Assembly: GCA_947463435.1 (NCBI GenBank)
Contig: CANHTS010000002.1
Location: 1 to 51,208 of the forward strand
Length of the DNA: 51,208 bases
Direction: 5' to 3'
Source: Flavobacteriales bacterium
GTDB taxonomy: Bacteria; Bacteroidota; Bacteroidia; NS11-12g; UBA955
Part shown: in pieces, positions 1-8,118 of the stretch
How positions within the stretch are numbered: the stretch's first letter is position 1
How the letters are laid out: each line of letters starts with the position of its first letter
Program-made: the position numbers and the translations under genes
The notes under the pieces: generated by a model
The model's input: only the letters and a program-made list of their open reading frames with translations
Told to the model about the DNA's origin: nothing
Database searches by the model: none

Positions 1-425
1 GGAGCACCCAGATCGGTTGTGCCTGCTATCAGCCGTTGGTGCAGGTGGCGCGACCGCAGGTAACCACTGTCTACGCCTTTCAGCGTGCAGATAACCTGCT
101 GGTTGCCGGCCTGCAATACAGCATTGTCTTCAAGTACCGGGGCAACCATGGCAACTCCCGGAATGCCACGGAGACGTGCCAATTGGGCTGAATCCAGATG
201 GAACACCTTACCGCTCCGGCTGTTGACACGCAGGTCGGGGTGAAAATCGTTGTACACATCGAAGAGCAGGGTTTCAAAGCCATTGAGTGCAGACAGGATG
301 GTGAGCAGCGCAAAGGCGCCCACAGCATAACCCAGCAAGGCAATGCCGCTGATGATGTTCACAGCATTGCGGCTCTTCTTGCCCAGCAGGTAGCGGATGG
401 CTATGGTGCCCGGTAAACGCAGCAC
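1..425 (-). CDS. FtsX/LolE-type ABC transporter permease, N-terminal part (3' end lies outside the window)
   Basis: The minus-strand frame is open from GTG at 425 to the window edge. It is absent from the ORF track because it runs off the window. The translation VLRLPGTIAIRYLLGKKSRNAVNIISGIALLGYAVGAFALLTILSALNGFETLLFDVYNDFHPDLRV... is a typical FtsX-family N-terminus (TM1 followed by the periplasmic loop). The start lies 6 nt after the rbfA stop. Confidence 0.8.
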   Translation of the reverse strand, partial: MLRLPGTIAIRYLLGKKSRNAVNIISGIALLGYAVGAFALLTILSALNGFETLLFDVYNDFHPDLRVNSRSGKVFHLDSAQLARLRGIPGVAMVAPVLEDNAVLQAGNQQVICTLKGVDSGYLRSRHLHQRLIAGTTDLGA

Positions 426-431
426 GCCGGC

Positions 432-800
432 TCAGGATGGGTCTTCGGTATTCGGATCTTTTCGCAGCTGGTCGAAAATACGGTCCATTTTCGCTGCGTA
501 ATCGAGCGAAGTGTCGGCAAAGAAAGTCAGTTCTGGCACCTTGCGTACCTCATTGCGGATGCGGCGTGCCAGTTCATGGCGGATATCGCGGGCGTGGAGT
601 TCAACCGCTTCCATTACAGATGCGCGGTCTGCCGCCGTGAACATGCTGAGATAGACCTTCACATACGATAAATCGGGTGTCACTTTCACCTCTGATATAC
701 TCACCAGTTGGTTGCCGAACCATTCCCGGCCTTTTTCCTGAAAGATGGCAGCCAGATCGCGCTGCACCTGTTTGGCGAATTTTTCCTGCCGGATGCTCAT
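432..800 (-). CDS. rbfA: Ribosome-binding factor A
   Basis: The 122-aa ORF MSIRQEKFAKQVQRDLAAIF...VSISEVKVTPDLSYVKVYLS...RIRNEVRKVPELTF has the RbfA signature and length. Confidence 0.95.
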   Translation of the reverse strand: MSIRQEKFAKQVQRDLAAIFQEKGREWFGNQLVSISEVKVTPDLSYVKVYLSMFTAADRASVMEAVELHARDIRHELARRIRNEVRKVPELTFFADTSLDYAAKMDRIFDQLRKDPNTEDPS

Positions 801-805
801 GTGTG

Positions 806-813
806 CAAATTTA
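806..813 (-). promoter_or_regulatory. Candidate Bacteroidota -7 promoter box (TAAATTTG) for rbfA
   Basis: The minus strand reads ccgTAAATTTGcacacATG. This is an exact match to the TAnnTTTG consensus, 5 nt upstream of the rbfA ATG. No convincing -33 element was seen. Confidence 0.35.
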
Positions 814-884
814 CGGATGATTGCCGGGTATCGGGGATAAAAGCCGCTGAAACCTTCTGTCTTCCATCGGTTGGCGGGCTACAT

Positions 885-1967
885 TTGTCGGACTTGGAAT
901 CAACCGTTCTCATTCCCTCAGGGGCGGGTGCTCCCGGCTTCGCTGGTATTTTGCATTGCCTCCGGGCCGATGCAAGGCTGCGTGTGCTTGCCGGCGACGC
1001 CGATCCGCTGGCGTACGGCCGTACCTTGGCAGACGGTTTCTTTCCTGTTTACCCATCCTCAGATCCATTTTATCCCGACCAGGTTTTACAGCTGGCGCAG
1101 GAACAACAGGCGGGTTTCATTCTGCCCATCACCACCCGCGAACTGCTGCCCCTGGCCGAAGCCGCCGAACGCTTTCAGTCCGCCGGGATTCAACTGATCC
1201 TTGCGCCGGCTGCAGTATTGCGCATTGCCAACAACAAGGGCTTCACCTACGACGCCATGTCCGCTGCGGGTTTAACAGTTCCTTCCTATCAGCGCGTCAA
1301 AAACCTGAACGAACTAATGGAAGTGCTCGAACCCGCTACAGCCACCGAGCGACGCATCTTCAAACCCGCCAGCGGAAATGGCAGCCGGGGCTTCGGTATC
1401 GTGCTGGCCCGCAATGAACCGCAGCGGCGGAATATCCTCACCGAAAAACCCGGACAGCCATTTTACCGGCTGAACGATTTGCCTTTTCTGTTGCCCGATC
1501 AGTTTGAAACCGATATGCTGGTCTGCGAATACTTGCCCGGCCAGGAATACTCGGTTGATCTGCTGGCCAGCCATGGCCGGCTGCACTACGCCCTGGTGCG
1601 CAGCCGGGAAAAGATGATTGGTGGTATCAGCGTGCGCGGGCGCTTTGTACCGCATCCGCAGATCCTGGATCAGACAGCGCAGATATGCAGCCTCCTGCAG
1701 CTGCACGGTCCGGCCGGCATGCAGTTCAGGCTGCGTGCAGACGGTGTGCCGGTGCTGCTGGAAATCAATCCGAGGCTGCAGGGAACGGTAAGCAGTTGCC
1801 TCGGAGCCGGCATCAATGTTCCGCTCGACGCCCTGCGGCTTTTCCAGGGAAAACCCATCGAAGGAAAACAGGGAAATGTGCGTTGGGGGGCAAATTTTGT
1901 TCGGTATTGGAGCGAATCATTTACTTTGAATAACAAAACCTTGTTGTTTACCCACAAGAATGAGTAA
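885..1967 (+). CDS. ATP-grasp domain protein (carboxylate-amine ligase type), substrate unknown
   Basis: The track ORF 708-1967 overlaps rbfA, so a plausible start is TTG 885 or TTG 894 (..ESTVLIPSGAGAPG). The ATP-grasp body reads RIFKPASGNGSRGFGIV...CEYLPGQEYSVDLL...MQFRLRADGVPVLLEINPRLQG. The stop is firm; the start is uncertain. Confidence 0.72.
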   Translation: MSDLESTVLIPSGAGAPGFAGILHCLRADARLRVLAGDADPLAYGRTLADGFFPVYPSSDPFYPDQVLQLAQEQQAGFILPITTRELLPLAEAAERFQSAGIQLILAPAAVLRIANNKGFTYDAMSAAGLTVPSYQRVKNLNELMEVLEPATATERRIFKPASGNGSRGFGIVLARNEPQRRNILTEKPGQPFYRLNDLPFLLPDQFETDMLVCEYLPGQEYSVDLLASHGRLHYALVRSREKMIGGISVRGRFVPHPQILDQTAQICSLLQLHGPAGMQFRLRADGVPVLLEINPRLQGTVSSCLGAGINVPLDALRLFQGKPIEGKQGNVRWGANFVRYWSESFTLNNKTLLFTHKNE

Positions 1968-1972
1968 TTTTG
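1965..1972 (+). promoter_or_regulatory. Candidate -7 promoter box (TAATTTTG) for the regulator gene at 1983
   Basis: Exact TAnnTTTG match, overlapping the TAA stop of the ATP-grasp gene and 10 nt upstream of ATG 1983. A TTG-rich stretch (ttgttgttt) lies about 19-24 nt upstream. Confidence 0.35.
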
Positions 1973-1982
1973 CTACTCAAAA

Positions 1983-2513
1983 ATGATCGATACGCTCATC
2001 TCATCGAAAACGCGCATCAAGCTCTTGTTGAAGTTCTTCCTGAACAGCAACAACAAAGCCTATTTGCGCAACCTGGAAGAGGAATTCGGTGAGAGCACCA
2101 ATGCCATCCGCATCGAACTGAACCGCTTTGAGCAGGCGGGAATGCTGACCAGTTTATCCGAAGGCAACAAGAAAGTCTTCAGTGCCAATACCCGTCATCC
2201 TTTGTTCGGCGATATCCGCAGCATTGTGATGAAATATGTGGGTATCGACCAGATCGTCGAATATGTCATCAAGCGCCTGGGCCATTTGGAGGAAGTTTAC
2301 CTGGTCGGTGAGTTTGCACGCGGTTTGAGTGGCGACATCATCGACCTGGTATTCGTTGGCAATATAAATCAACACTTTCTGGCCGAGCTGGTGGAGAAAG
2401 TAGAAAAACGCATCAACCGTCGGATACGCTATATCGTATTCGACGCGGAGAGTTTCAGTGTCGAGAAAATCCGCGACAACCGTGCTGAGCCGCTGCTCCT
2501 CTGGAGCCGCTGA
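1983..2513 (+). CDS. Winged-helix (ArsR-like) DNA-binding domain fused to a minimal nucleotidyltransferase-like domain; putative locus regulator
   Basis: The N-terminus KTRIKLLLKFFLNSNNKAYLRNLEEEFGESTNAIRIELNRFEQAGML is wHTH-like. The C-terminus VYLVGEFARGLSGDIIDLVFVG resembles the G[SE]xARGx(n)DxD nucleotidyltransferase motif. Confidence 0.7.
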   Translation: MIDTLISSKTRIKLLLKFFLNSNNKAYLRNLEEEFGESTNAIRIELNRFEQAGMLTSLSEGNKKVFSANTRHPLFGDIRSIVMKYVGIDQIVEYVIKRLGHLEEVYLVGEFARGLSGDIIDLVFVGNINQHFLAELVEKVEKRINRRIRYIVFDAESFSVEKIRDNRAEPLLLWSR

Positions 2514-2585
2514 GCCGGGCTGAAGGCATACAATTCATTACCTGTTCAGTTGCTGCCATGTGACTGAGGAGGCGAAGCTGTGGAC

Positions 2586-3101
2586 ATGCACGAGCAGGAA
2601 TTGCACTGGACCGTTATCTATGTCGCATCGCGTCAGGAGAAGGCAGTTGCCAGGAGGCTGGAGCAATTGCAGGTTGAGCATTACCTGCCGCTGGTGGCCC
2701 GTATACGCATCTGGAGCGACCGCCGTAAGAAAGTGGAAATGCCCCTGTTCAACGGCTACGTCTTTGTGCGCCCTTCCCGGTTGCAACGCGATCTGGTGCT
2801 GCAACAACCTGGAGCGGTAGCCTATGTGCGATACAACGGCAAGCCGGCCAGGGTTGGGGAAGACGAAATCCAAACCATCCGCCGGCTCATTGCCTGTGGC
2901 TACGACCTCGAAGCAACGGGTATCGATGCCTCCACAGAGCCGGGAACCATGGTGCGCATCACACAGGGTCCGCTCAGCGGTTTTGAGGGAGAGATTGTGC
3001 ATACCAGCGGCGCTCAGCATTTCCTGATAGCCCTTTATTCCATCGAACAAAACATTAGGGTGAAGCTGCCGGCCGAAGCCCTCGAAGCCATTCCATCATG
3101 A
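2586..3101 (+). CDS. upxY: UpxY-family (NusG-like) transcription antiterminator
   Basis: NGN-like WTVIYVASRQEKAVARRLEQLQVEHYLPL...PLFNGYVFV and KOW-like GTMVRITQGPLSGFEGEIV. It is the first gene of the polysaccharide operon. ATG 2586 is used; GTG 2580 is an alternative. Confidence 0.88.
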   Translation: MHEQELHWTVIYVASRQEKAVARRLEQLQVEHYLPLVARIRIWSDRRKKVEMPLFNGYVFVRPSRLQRDLVLQQPGAVAYVRYNGKPARVGEDEIQTIRRLIACGYDLEATGIDASTEPGTMVRITQGPLSGFEGEIVHTSGAQHFLIALYSIEQNIRVKLPAEALEAIPS

Positions 3102-3952
3102 AAAAAGAAAACTGGGATCTCATCATCCGACCCCACCAGCGCTTTTTCGACCTGAACCTCCGCGAGGTCTGGCGTTACCGCGACCTGGTGATGCAGTTTG
3201 TACGCCGCGATATCGTGGCCGTTTACAAACAGACCCTGCTCGGGCCGGTTTGGTTTGTAGTTCAACCCATACTCACCACCATCGTATTCACGTTTGTGTT
3301 TGGCAACCTGGCCGGATTGGCGCCAGACAATGTGCCCACAGCGCTCTTTTACATGGCAGGCATCATTCCCTGGAACTACTTCTCGGAATGCCTGATGAAG
3401 ACTTCCACCACCTTCACCGGCAATGCCAGCATTTATGGGAAGGTCTATTTTCCCCGCCTCGTGATGCCTTTCAGCGTCGTCATTTCCAATATGGCCAAGT
3501 TGGGAATACAACTCATCATCCTCGCGATCGTATGGTTGTATTATTACCTCAAGGGTGGATACGATTTTCAATTGTCGCCGGTGTTGTTGCTGCTTCCGGT
3601 GGTTATCATCATCATGGCCGGGCTGGGTCTTTCGCTGGGTATCCTCATTTCCAGTCTTACCACCAAGTACCGCGATTTCGCTTTCCTGGTGGCTTTCGGG
3701 GTGGAATTGCTGAAGTTTGCCAGCACGCTGATTTTCCCCTTGTTCCTCATCAAGAACGATACCTACCGCACCATCATCTACGCCAACCCGATGACTTCCA
3801 TCATCGAAACCTTCCGCTTCGCGCTGATGGGCAAGGGTGCCGAATTCAATCCGATGGCACTCGTGTACAGCGCGGTCTTTATGGTGGTGGTTTTTCTATT
3901 CTCTACGCTCCTGTTCAACCGCGTGGAGAAATCATTCATGGATACAGTCTGA
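3098..3952 (+). CDS. wzm: ABC-2 type polysaccharide export permease (Wzm/TagG/KpsM family)
   Basis: 284 aa and multi-TM, with the N-terminus FDLNLREVWRYRDLVMQFVRRDIVAVYKQTLLGPVWFVVQP typical of the ABC-2 family. ATGA overlap with the upxY stop. Confidence 0.9.
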   Translation: MKKENWDLIIRPHQRFFDLNLREVWRYRDLVMQFVRRDIVAVYKQTLLGPVWFVVQPILTTIVFTFVFGNLAGLAPDNVPTALFYMAGIIPWNYFSECLMKTSTTFTGNASIYGKVYFPRLVMPFSVVISNMAKLGIQLIILAIVWLYYYLKGGYDFQLSPVLLLLPVVIIIMAGLGLSLGILISSLTTKYRDFAFLVAFGVELLKFASTLIFPLFLIKNDTYRTIIYANPMTSIIETFRFALMGKGAEFNPMALVYSAVFMVVVFLFSTLLFNRVEKSFMDTV

Positions 3953-3955
3953 AGC

Positions 3956-5227
3956 ATGTCGCGCATTGTCATAGAAGCTGAAAATATCAGCAAGCAGTAT
4001 CGCCTCGGCGTGGTTTCGGGCAAGACCCTGAGCGACGACCTGAAGCGCAGTTTGTACCGCATGCTCGGCAAACCGGATCCGCTGGCTACCGTGGGCGTCG
4101 AAAACGACCGCACCACCGTCACAGACAGCCAGTATGTCTGGGCCCTCCGCGATATCAATTTCGAAGTGGAACAGGGCGAAGTGCTGGGTATCATCGGCCG
4201 CAATGGCGCAGGTAAATCGACCCTGCTCAAAATCCTGTCGCGGGTTACCATGCCCAGTACCGGCGAAATCCGAGTAAAGGGCAGAATCGCCAGCCTTCTT
4301 GAAGTGGGAACGGGTTTTCACCCCGAGCTCACCGGGCGAGAGAACATCTTCCTTAATGGTGCCATTCTCGGCATGACCAAGAATGAAATCAAGCGCAAGT
4401 TTGATGAAATCGTGGCTTTCAGTGGTGTGGCGCGTTATATTGATACACCGGTAAAGCGCTATTCCTCCGGCATGTATGTGCGCCTGGCTTTTGCCGTGGC
4501 CGCGCATCTCGAACCTGAAATCCTGGTAATTGACGAAGTGTTGGCCGTTGGCGATTCCGAGTTCCAGAAGAAGTGTCTGGGAAAGATGAAGGAAGTAGCC
4601 GGTGGTGGCAGAACCGTGCTGTTCGTGAGCCATAACATGGGTGCCGTAAGCGATATCTGCGACAAGGCGCTGCTGATCGAAAAGGGCCGGATTTCGGCGC
4701 GTGGACAGGCTGATGCGGTCATCCGCGAATACGTCAACCAGACCCTGCGCTTCGACCTGAGCAGCAAAGACAGCCTCAGCGACCCCCAGTTCAGGCGCGG
4801 CAGCGGCCATGTACGCATCGGCGGGCTCCGCATGTTCAACGCCCTCAGCGGAGAAGAAACCAACGAATTTGAACCCGGTAACGATGTGCGCATCGAAATC
4901 GATATGGAAGCGCATCAGGCCACTGATGAACTCTACTTCCTCATGGGCCTGCGCTCTTCCCTCAGCCGCGAAATGGTAACCTCCACCGGGAGGATTGCCC
5001 TGGGCGGTATGAGCGGCGGACAAACCAAGAAGGCATCCGTCCTGTTGCCGGCCCTCAACCTCTCTCCCGGCGTGTACGAAACCTATTACTGGATCGGCAG
5101 CCGCATGCAGGAGCACCCTTACGACGTAATCGACAACCTTACCGCACCGCTCGTGGTAAAAATACCGGCCGATGGCCAAGCCCTGAGCACCGGTTACTTT
5201 AAACTCCCATTCAAACTAGACCTATGA
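3956..5227 (+). CDS. wzt: Polysaccharide export ABC ATPase (Wzt/TagH family) with an extra C-terminal glycan-binding-type domain
   Basis: Walker A GRNGAGKST, signature YSSGM and Walker B ILVIDE. About 170 further residues (..GHVRIGGLRMFN...VRIEIDMEA...YETYYWIG..) are consistent with a Wzt_C beta-sandwich. Confidence 0.9.
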   Translation: MSRIVIEAENISKQYRLGVVSGKTLSDDLKRSLYRMLGKPDPLATVGVENDRTTVTDSQYVWALRDINFEVEQGEVLGIIGRNGAGKSTLLKILSRVTMPSTGEIRVKGRIASLLEVGTGFHPELTGRENIFLNGAILGMTKNEIKRKFDEIVAFSGVARYIDTPVKRYSSGMYVRLAFAVAAHLEPEILVIDEVLAVGDSEFQKKCLGKMKEVAGGGRTVLFVSHNMGAVSDICDKALLIEKGRISARGQADAVIREYVNQTLRFDLSSKDSLSDPQFRRGSGHVRIGGLRMFNALSGEETNEFEPGNDVRIEIDMEAHQATDELYFLMGLRSSLSREMVTSTGRIALGGMSGGQTKKASVLLPALNLSPGVYETYYWIGSRMQEHPYDVIDNLTAPLVVKIPADGQALSTGYFKLPFKLDL

Positions 5228-6249
5228 GCAACGTATTGGACCTGAACGGCAAGAGCATCCTTATTACCGGAGGAACCGGATCGTTCGGAAAGAAATTTGT
5301 GGAAACAGTGGCCAAGCGCTTCCCTGGCGTAAAACGCCTGGTGGTGTACTCGCGCGACGAACTGAAGCAGTTCGAGATGAGCCAGTTGTATCCCGAGAAA
5401 GATTATCCTTTCATGCGCTTCTTTATCGGCGACGTGCGCGACGGCGATCGTTTCCGTCGCGCCTGTGAAGGCATCGACATCATCATCCACGCTGCCGCAC
5501 TCAAACAGGTACCAGCCGCTGAGTACAACCCGATGGAGTGCATCAAGACCAATATCTTCGGGGCCGAGAATGTAATCGACGCCGCGCTCGACATGGGCGT
5601 GAAGCATGTGGTTGCCCTCAGCACCGACAAAGCAGCTGCTCCTATCAACCTCTACGGGGCCACCAAGCTCTGCTCAGACAAACTTTTCGTAGCCGCGAAC
5701 AACTTCAAAGGCCAGCGCGAAGTGCGTTTCTCGGTGGTGCGCTACGGCAACGTAATCGGTTCACGCGGATCGGTGATTCCTTTCTTCCTGTCTCGCCGCA
5801 ACGATGGAGTTTTGCCCATTACGCATGCCGACATGACGCGTTTCAATATTTCGCTCGAAGACGGGGTGAACCTCGTATTCTATGCGCTGGGCAATGCCTG
5901 GGGCGGTGAAATCTTTGTGCCGCGCATTCCTTCCTACCGTATCCTCGACGTGGCCAAAGCGATTGCTCCCGATGCCCGCCACGAAATAGTCGGCATCCGT
6001 CCGGGTGAGAAACTCCATGAAGAGATGATCACCGAAACCGATGCCATCAATACCATCGAATTTAAAGATTATTTCGTGATATGCCCGAGCATGCCCATCT
6101 GGCAACCATCCGAACTGGCCGCAGCCTTCGGCGGAAAAATGTGCGATTACGGTTTCAAATACAATTCAGGAACCAATCCGGATTTCATGACGGTTGATCA
6201 AATCCGCGACCAGATCATCCAGCACGTCGATCCCACTTTCGGACGTTAA
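5224..6249 (+). CDS. pseB: UDP-N-acetylglucosamine 4,6-dehydratase (inverting)
   Basis: KSILITGGTGSFGKKFV...VVYSRDELKQFEM...IIHAAALKQVP...YGATKL...VRYGNVIGSRGSVIPFF is the PseB/FlaA1-type short CapD-like dehydratase. ATGA overlap with wzt. Confidence 0.9.
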   Translation: MSNVLDLNGKSILITGGTGSFGKKFVETVAKRFPGVKRLVVYSRDELKQFEMSQLYPEKDYPFMRFFIGDVRDGDRFRRACEGIDIIIHAAALKQVPAAEYNPMECIKTNIFGAENVIDAALDMGVKHVVALSTDKAAAPINLYGATKLCSDKLFVAANNFKGQREVRFSVVRYGNVIGSRGSVIPFFLSRRNDGVLPITHADMTRFNISLEDGVNLVFYALGNAWGGEIFVPRIPSYRILDVAKAIAPDARHEIVGIRPGEKLHEEMITETDAINTIEFKDYFVICPSMPIWQPSELAAAFGGKMCDYGFKYNSGTNPDFMTVDQIRDQIIQHVDPTFGR

Positions 6250-6252
6250 TCC

Positions 6253-7425
6253 ATGAGCAGCGCCAAGAAACCGGAACATCCCATTCCCTACGGCCGTCAG
6301 GACATCAACGCAGACGACCTGGCCGCGGTGGTAGCCGCCCTGCAGGGCGATTTTCTCACCCAGGGTCCGGCCATCGCGCAGTTTGAAGCGGAGTTCGCCG
6401 CCTGGTGTGGCAGCCGTTATGCCGTTGCCGTGAGCAATGGTACAGCAGCTCTGCACCTCTGCACCCTGGCTCTCGGCGTGCAGCCCGGCGAGAAGGTCAT
6501 CACCACGCCCATCACCTTTGCCGCTTCGGCCAATTGTGTGCGCTATTGCGGTGGCGAAGTCGTATTTGCGGATATCGATCCCGCCACGGCATTGCTCGAT
6601 ATCGAAGCTGTGCGCAGCCTCCTCGATGCCGCACCTGCAGGGACCTATAAAGGCGTAATTCCGGTCGATTTCGCCGGCAATCCGGTGAATCTCGAAGCCT
6701 ACCGCGCCCTTGCCGACCAACACGGATTGTGGATCATCGAAGACGCCTGCCATGCTCCCGGCGGCGCCTTCACAGACAGCAAAGGCAACAAACAGCGCTG
6801 CGGCAACGGCCAATTTGCTGATCTTGCCATCTTCTCTTTCCACCCGGTGAAGCATATCGCCACGGGTGAAGGCGGGATGATCACCACCAACAATCCCGAG
6901 CTGTATGAAAAGCTCCTCATGCTGCGCACCCACGGCATCACCCGTGATCCGGCGCGCATGCACGAGAACCACGGCGGCTGGTACCACGAAATGCAGACAT
7001 TGGGCTACAATTACCGCATCACCGACTTTCAGTGTGCCCTTGGAAGCTCGCAGCTCAAGAGAGCCGACGCCGGCCTGGCCAGGCGCCGTGCCATTGCCGC
7101 GCGCTACGATGCAGCGTTCAGCGGAAGCAAGGTGGGAACCCTGCAAACCACAGCAGGCGCAGATCACGCCTATCACCTCTATGTGATTCTCAGCACCGAC
7201 CGCAAAGGCTTGTACGACTATCTCCGCGAAGCCGGCATCTTTGCCCAGGTACATTATATTCCCTGTCATACGCATCCGTATTACCGCGGCCTGGGTCACC
7301 AACCCGGCGACCATCCGCGCAGCGAAGCGTATTACAGCCAATGCCTCAGCCTGCCCATGTATCCAACCCTGACGGAAGAGGAACAGGCCTATGTAATTGA
7401 AAAAGTGCTCGCTTTTCACGCTTGA
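6253..7425 (+). CDS. pseC: UDP-4-amino-4,6-dideoxy-N-acetyl-beta-L-altrosamine transaminase
   Basis: IPYGRQDINADDLAAVVAALQGDFLTQGP is a PseC hallmark. PLP-lysine context FSFHPVKHIATGEGG. DegT family length. Confidence 0.9.
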   Translation: MSSAKKPEHPIPYGRQDINADDLAAVVAALQGDFLTQGPAIAQFEAEFAAWCGSRYAVAVSNGTAALHLCTLALGVQPGEKVITTPITFAASANCVRYCGGEVVFADIDPATALLDIEAVRSLLDAAPAGTYKGVIPVDFAGNPVNLEAYRALADQHGLWIIEDACHAPGGAFTDSKGNKQRCGNGQFADLAIFSFHPVKHIATGEGGMITTNNPELYEKLLMLRTHGITRDPARMHENHGGWYHEMQTLGYNYRITDFQCALGSSQLKRADAGLARRRAIAARYDAAFSGSKVGTLQTTAGADHAYHLYVILSTDRKGLYDYLREAGIFAQVHYIPCHTHPYYRGLGHQPGDHPRSEAYYSQCLSLPMYPTLTEEEQAYVIEKVLAFHA

Positions 7426-8117
7426 GCAGTCTCGCCATCATCACAGCCCGCGGCGGCAGCAAACGCATCCCCGGAAAGAACATACGTCCTTTCCTAGGGA
7501 AGCCTGCGCTTGGCTGGCCGGTCGAAGCCGCCCTGAACAGCGCGTGTTTCAGCGAAGTGATGGTGAGTACCGACGATGAAGCCATCGCAGCAACGGCCCT
7601 GGCCCATGGCGCTACCTTGCCCTTCATGCGCAGCAGTGAAACGGCCAACGACCATGCTACGCTGGCCGATGTAGTGAAAGAAGTGTTGGATGGCTACGCC
7701 GCCCGCGGCAAAACCTTCGACAGTGTGTGCTGCCTGCTGGCTACTGCTTTCTCGATCACAGAAGTGAGCCTCAGGGAAGCCTTCGCGCTCCTGGAAGTTC
7801 CGGAAACCGATGGCGTGATGCCGGTGGTCCGTTTCGGGTTCCCCATCCAGCGCGCCTTGTACATGAACGAACGCCGTGAAGTAGGTTTCATGCATCCCGA
7901 GCACCGCCTCACGCGCAGCCAGGACCTGGAGCCTGCGTTCCACGACAGCGGGCAGTTTTACCTGCTCAAGACGGCGGCCTTTGCCAGCCAGGGCCGCATC
8001 ATCGCCGACCGCATGCGGGGCATAGAATTGCCCTGGTATGCTGCGGTGGATATTGACGAAGAAAGCGATTGGCAGCGTGCTGAGGCACTGCTTTCCCATT
8101 TGCGCAACAAGACTTGA
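7422..8117 (+). CDS. pseF: Pseudaminic acid cytidylyltransferase
   Basis: LAIITARGGSKRIPGKNIRPFLGKP...VMVSTDDEAIA...LPFMRS is CTP_transf_3 family. TTG start overlaps the pseC stop (TTGA); there is no in-frame ATG nearby. Confidence 0.86.
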   Translation: MSSLAIITARGGSKRIPGKNIRPFLGKPALGWPVEAALNSACFSEVMVSTDDEAIAATALAHGATLPFMRSSETANDHATLADVVKEVLDGYAARGKTFDSVCCLLATAFSITEVSLREAFALLEVPETDGVMPVVRFGFPIQRALYMNERREVGFMHPEHRLTRSQDLEPAFHDSGQFYLLKTAAFASQGRIIADRMRGIELPWYAAVDIDEESDWQRAEALLSHLRNKT

Positions 8118-8118
8118 A

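Noticed and set aside
80-416. ORFs 80-343 (-) and 198-416 (+) at the left edge.
   Set aside because: Both are alternative frames of the region that encodes an FtsX/LolE-type permease N-terminus on the minus strand. That frame is open to the window edge and has a clear family signature.
2514-2585. Possible invertible promoter upstream of upxY, as in Bacteroides capsule loci.
   Set aside because: The gap is only about 66-72 nt, no inverted repeats were seen flanking it, and no recombinase gene is nearby.
3932-5179. Long antisense ORFs opposite well-supported genes: 3932-5179, 6166-7419, 8930-9970, 18378-19454, 27911-29386, 33119-34234 and 40740-41870, plus many shorter ones.
   Set aside because: Their translations are Arg/Ala/Gly/His-rich with no recognisable motifs, and they mirror genes that have clear family signatures on the other strand. 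This is the usual consequence of GC-rich third codon positions, not overlapping genes.
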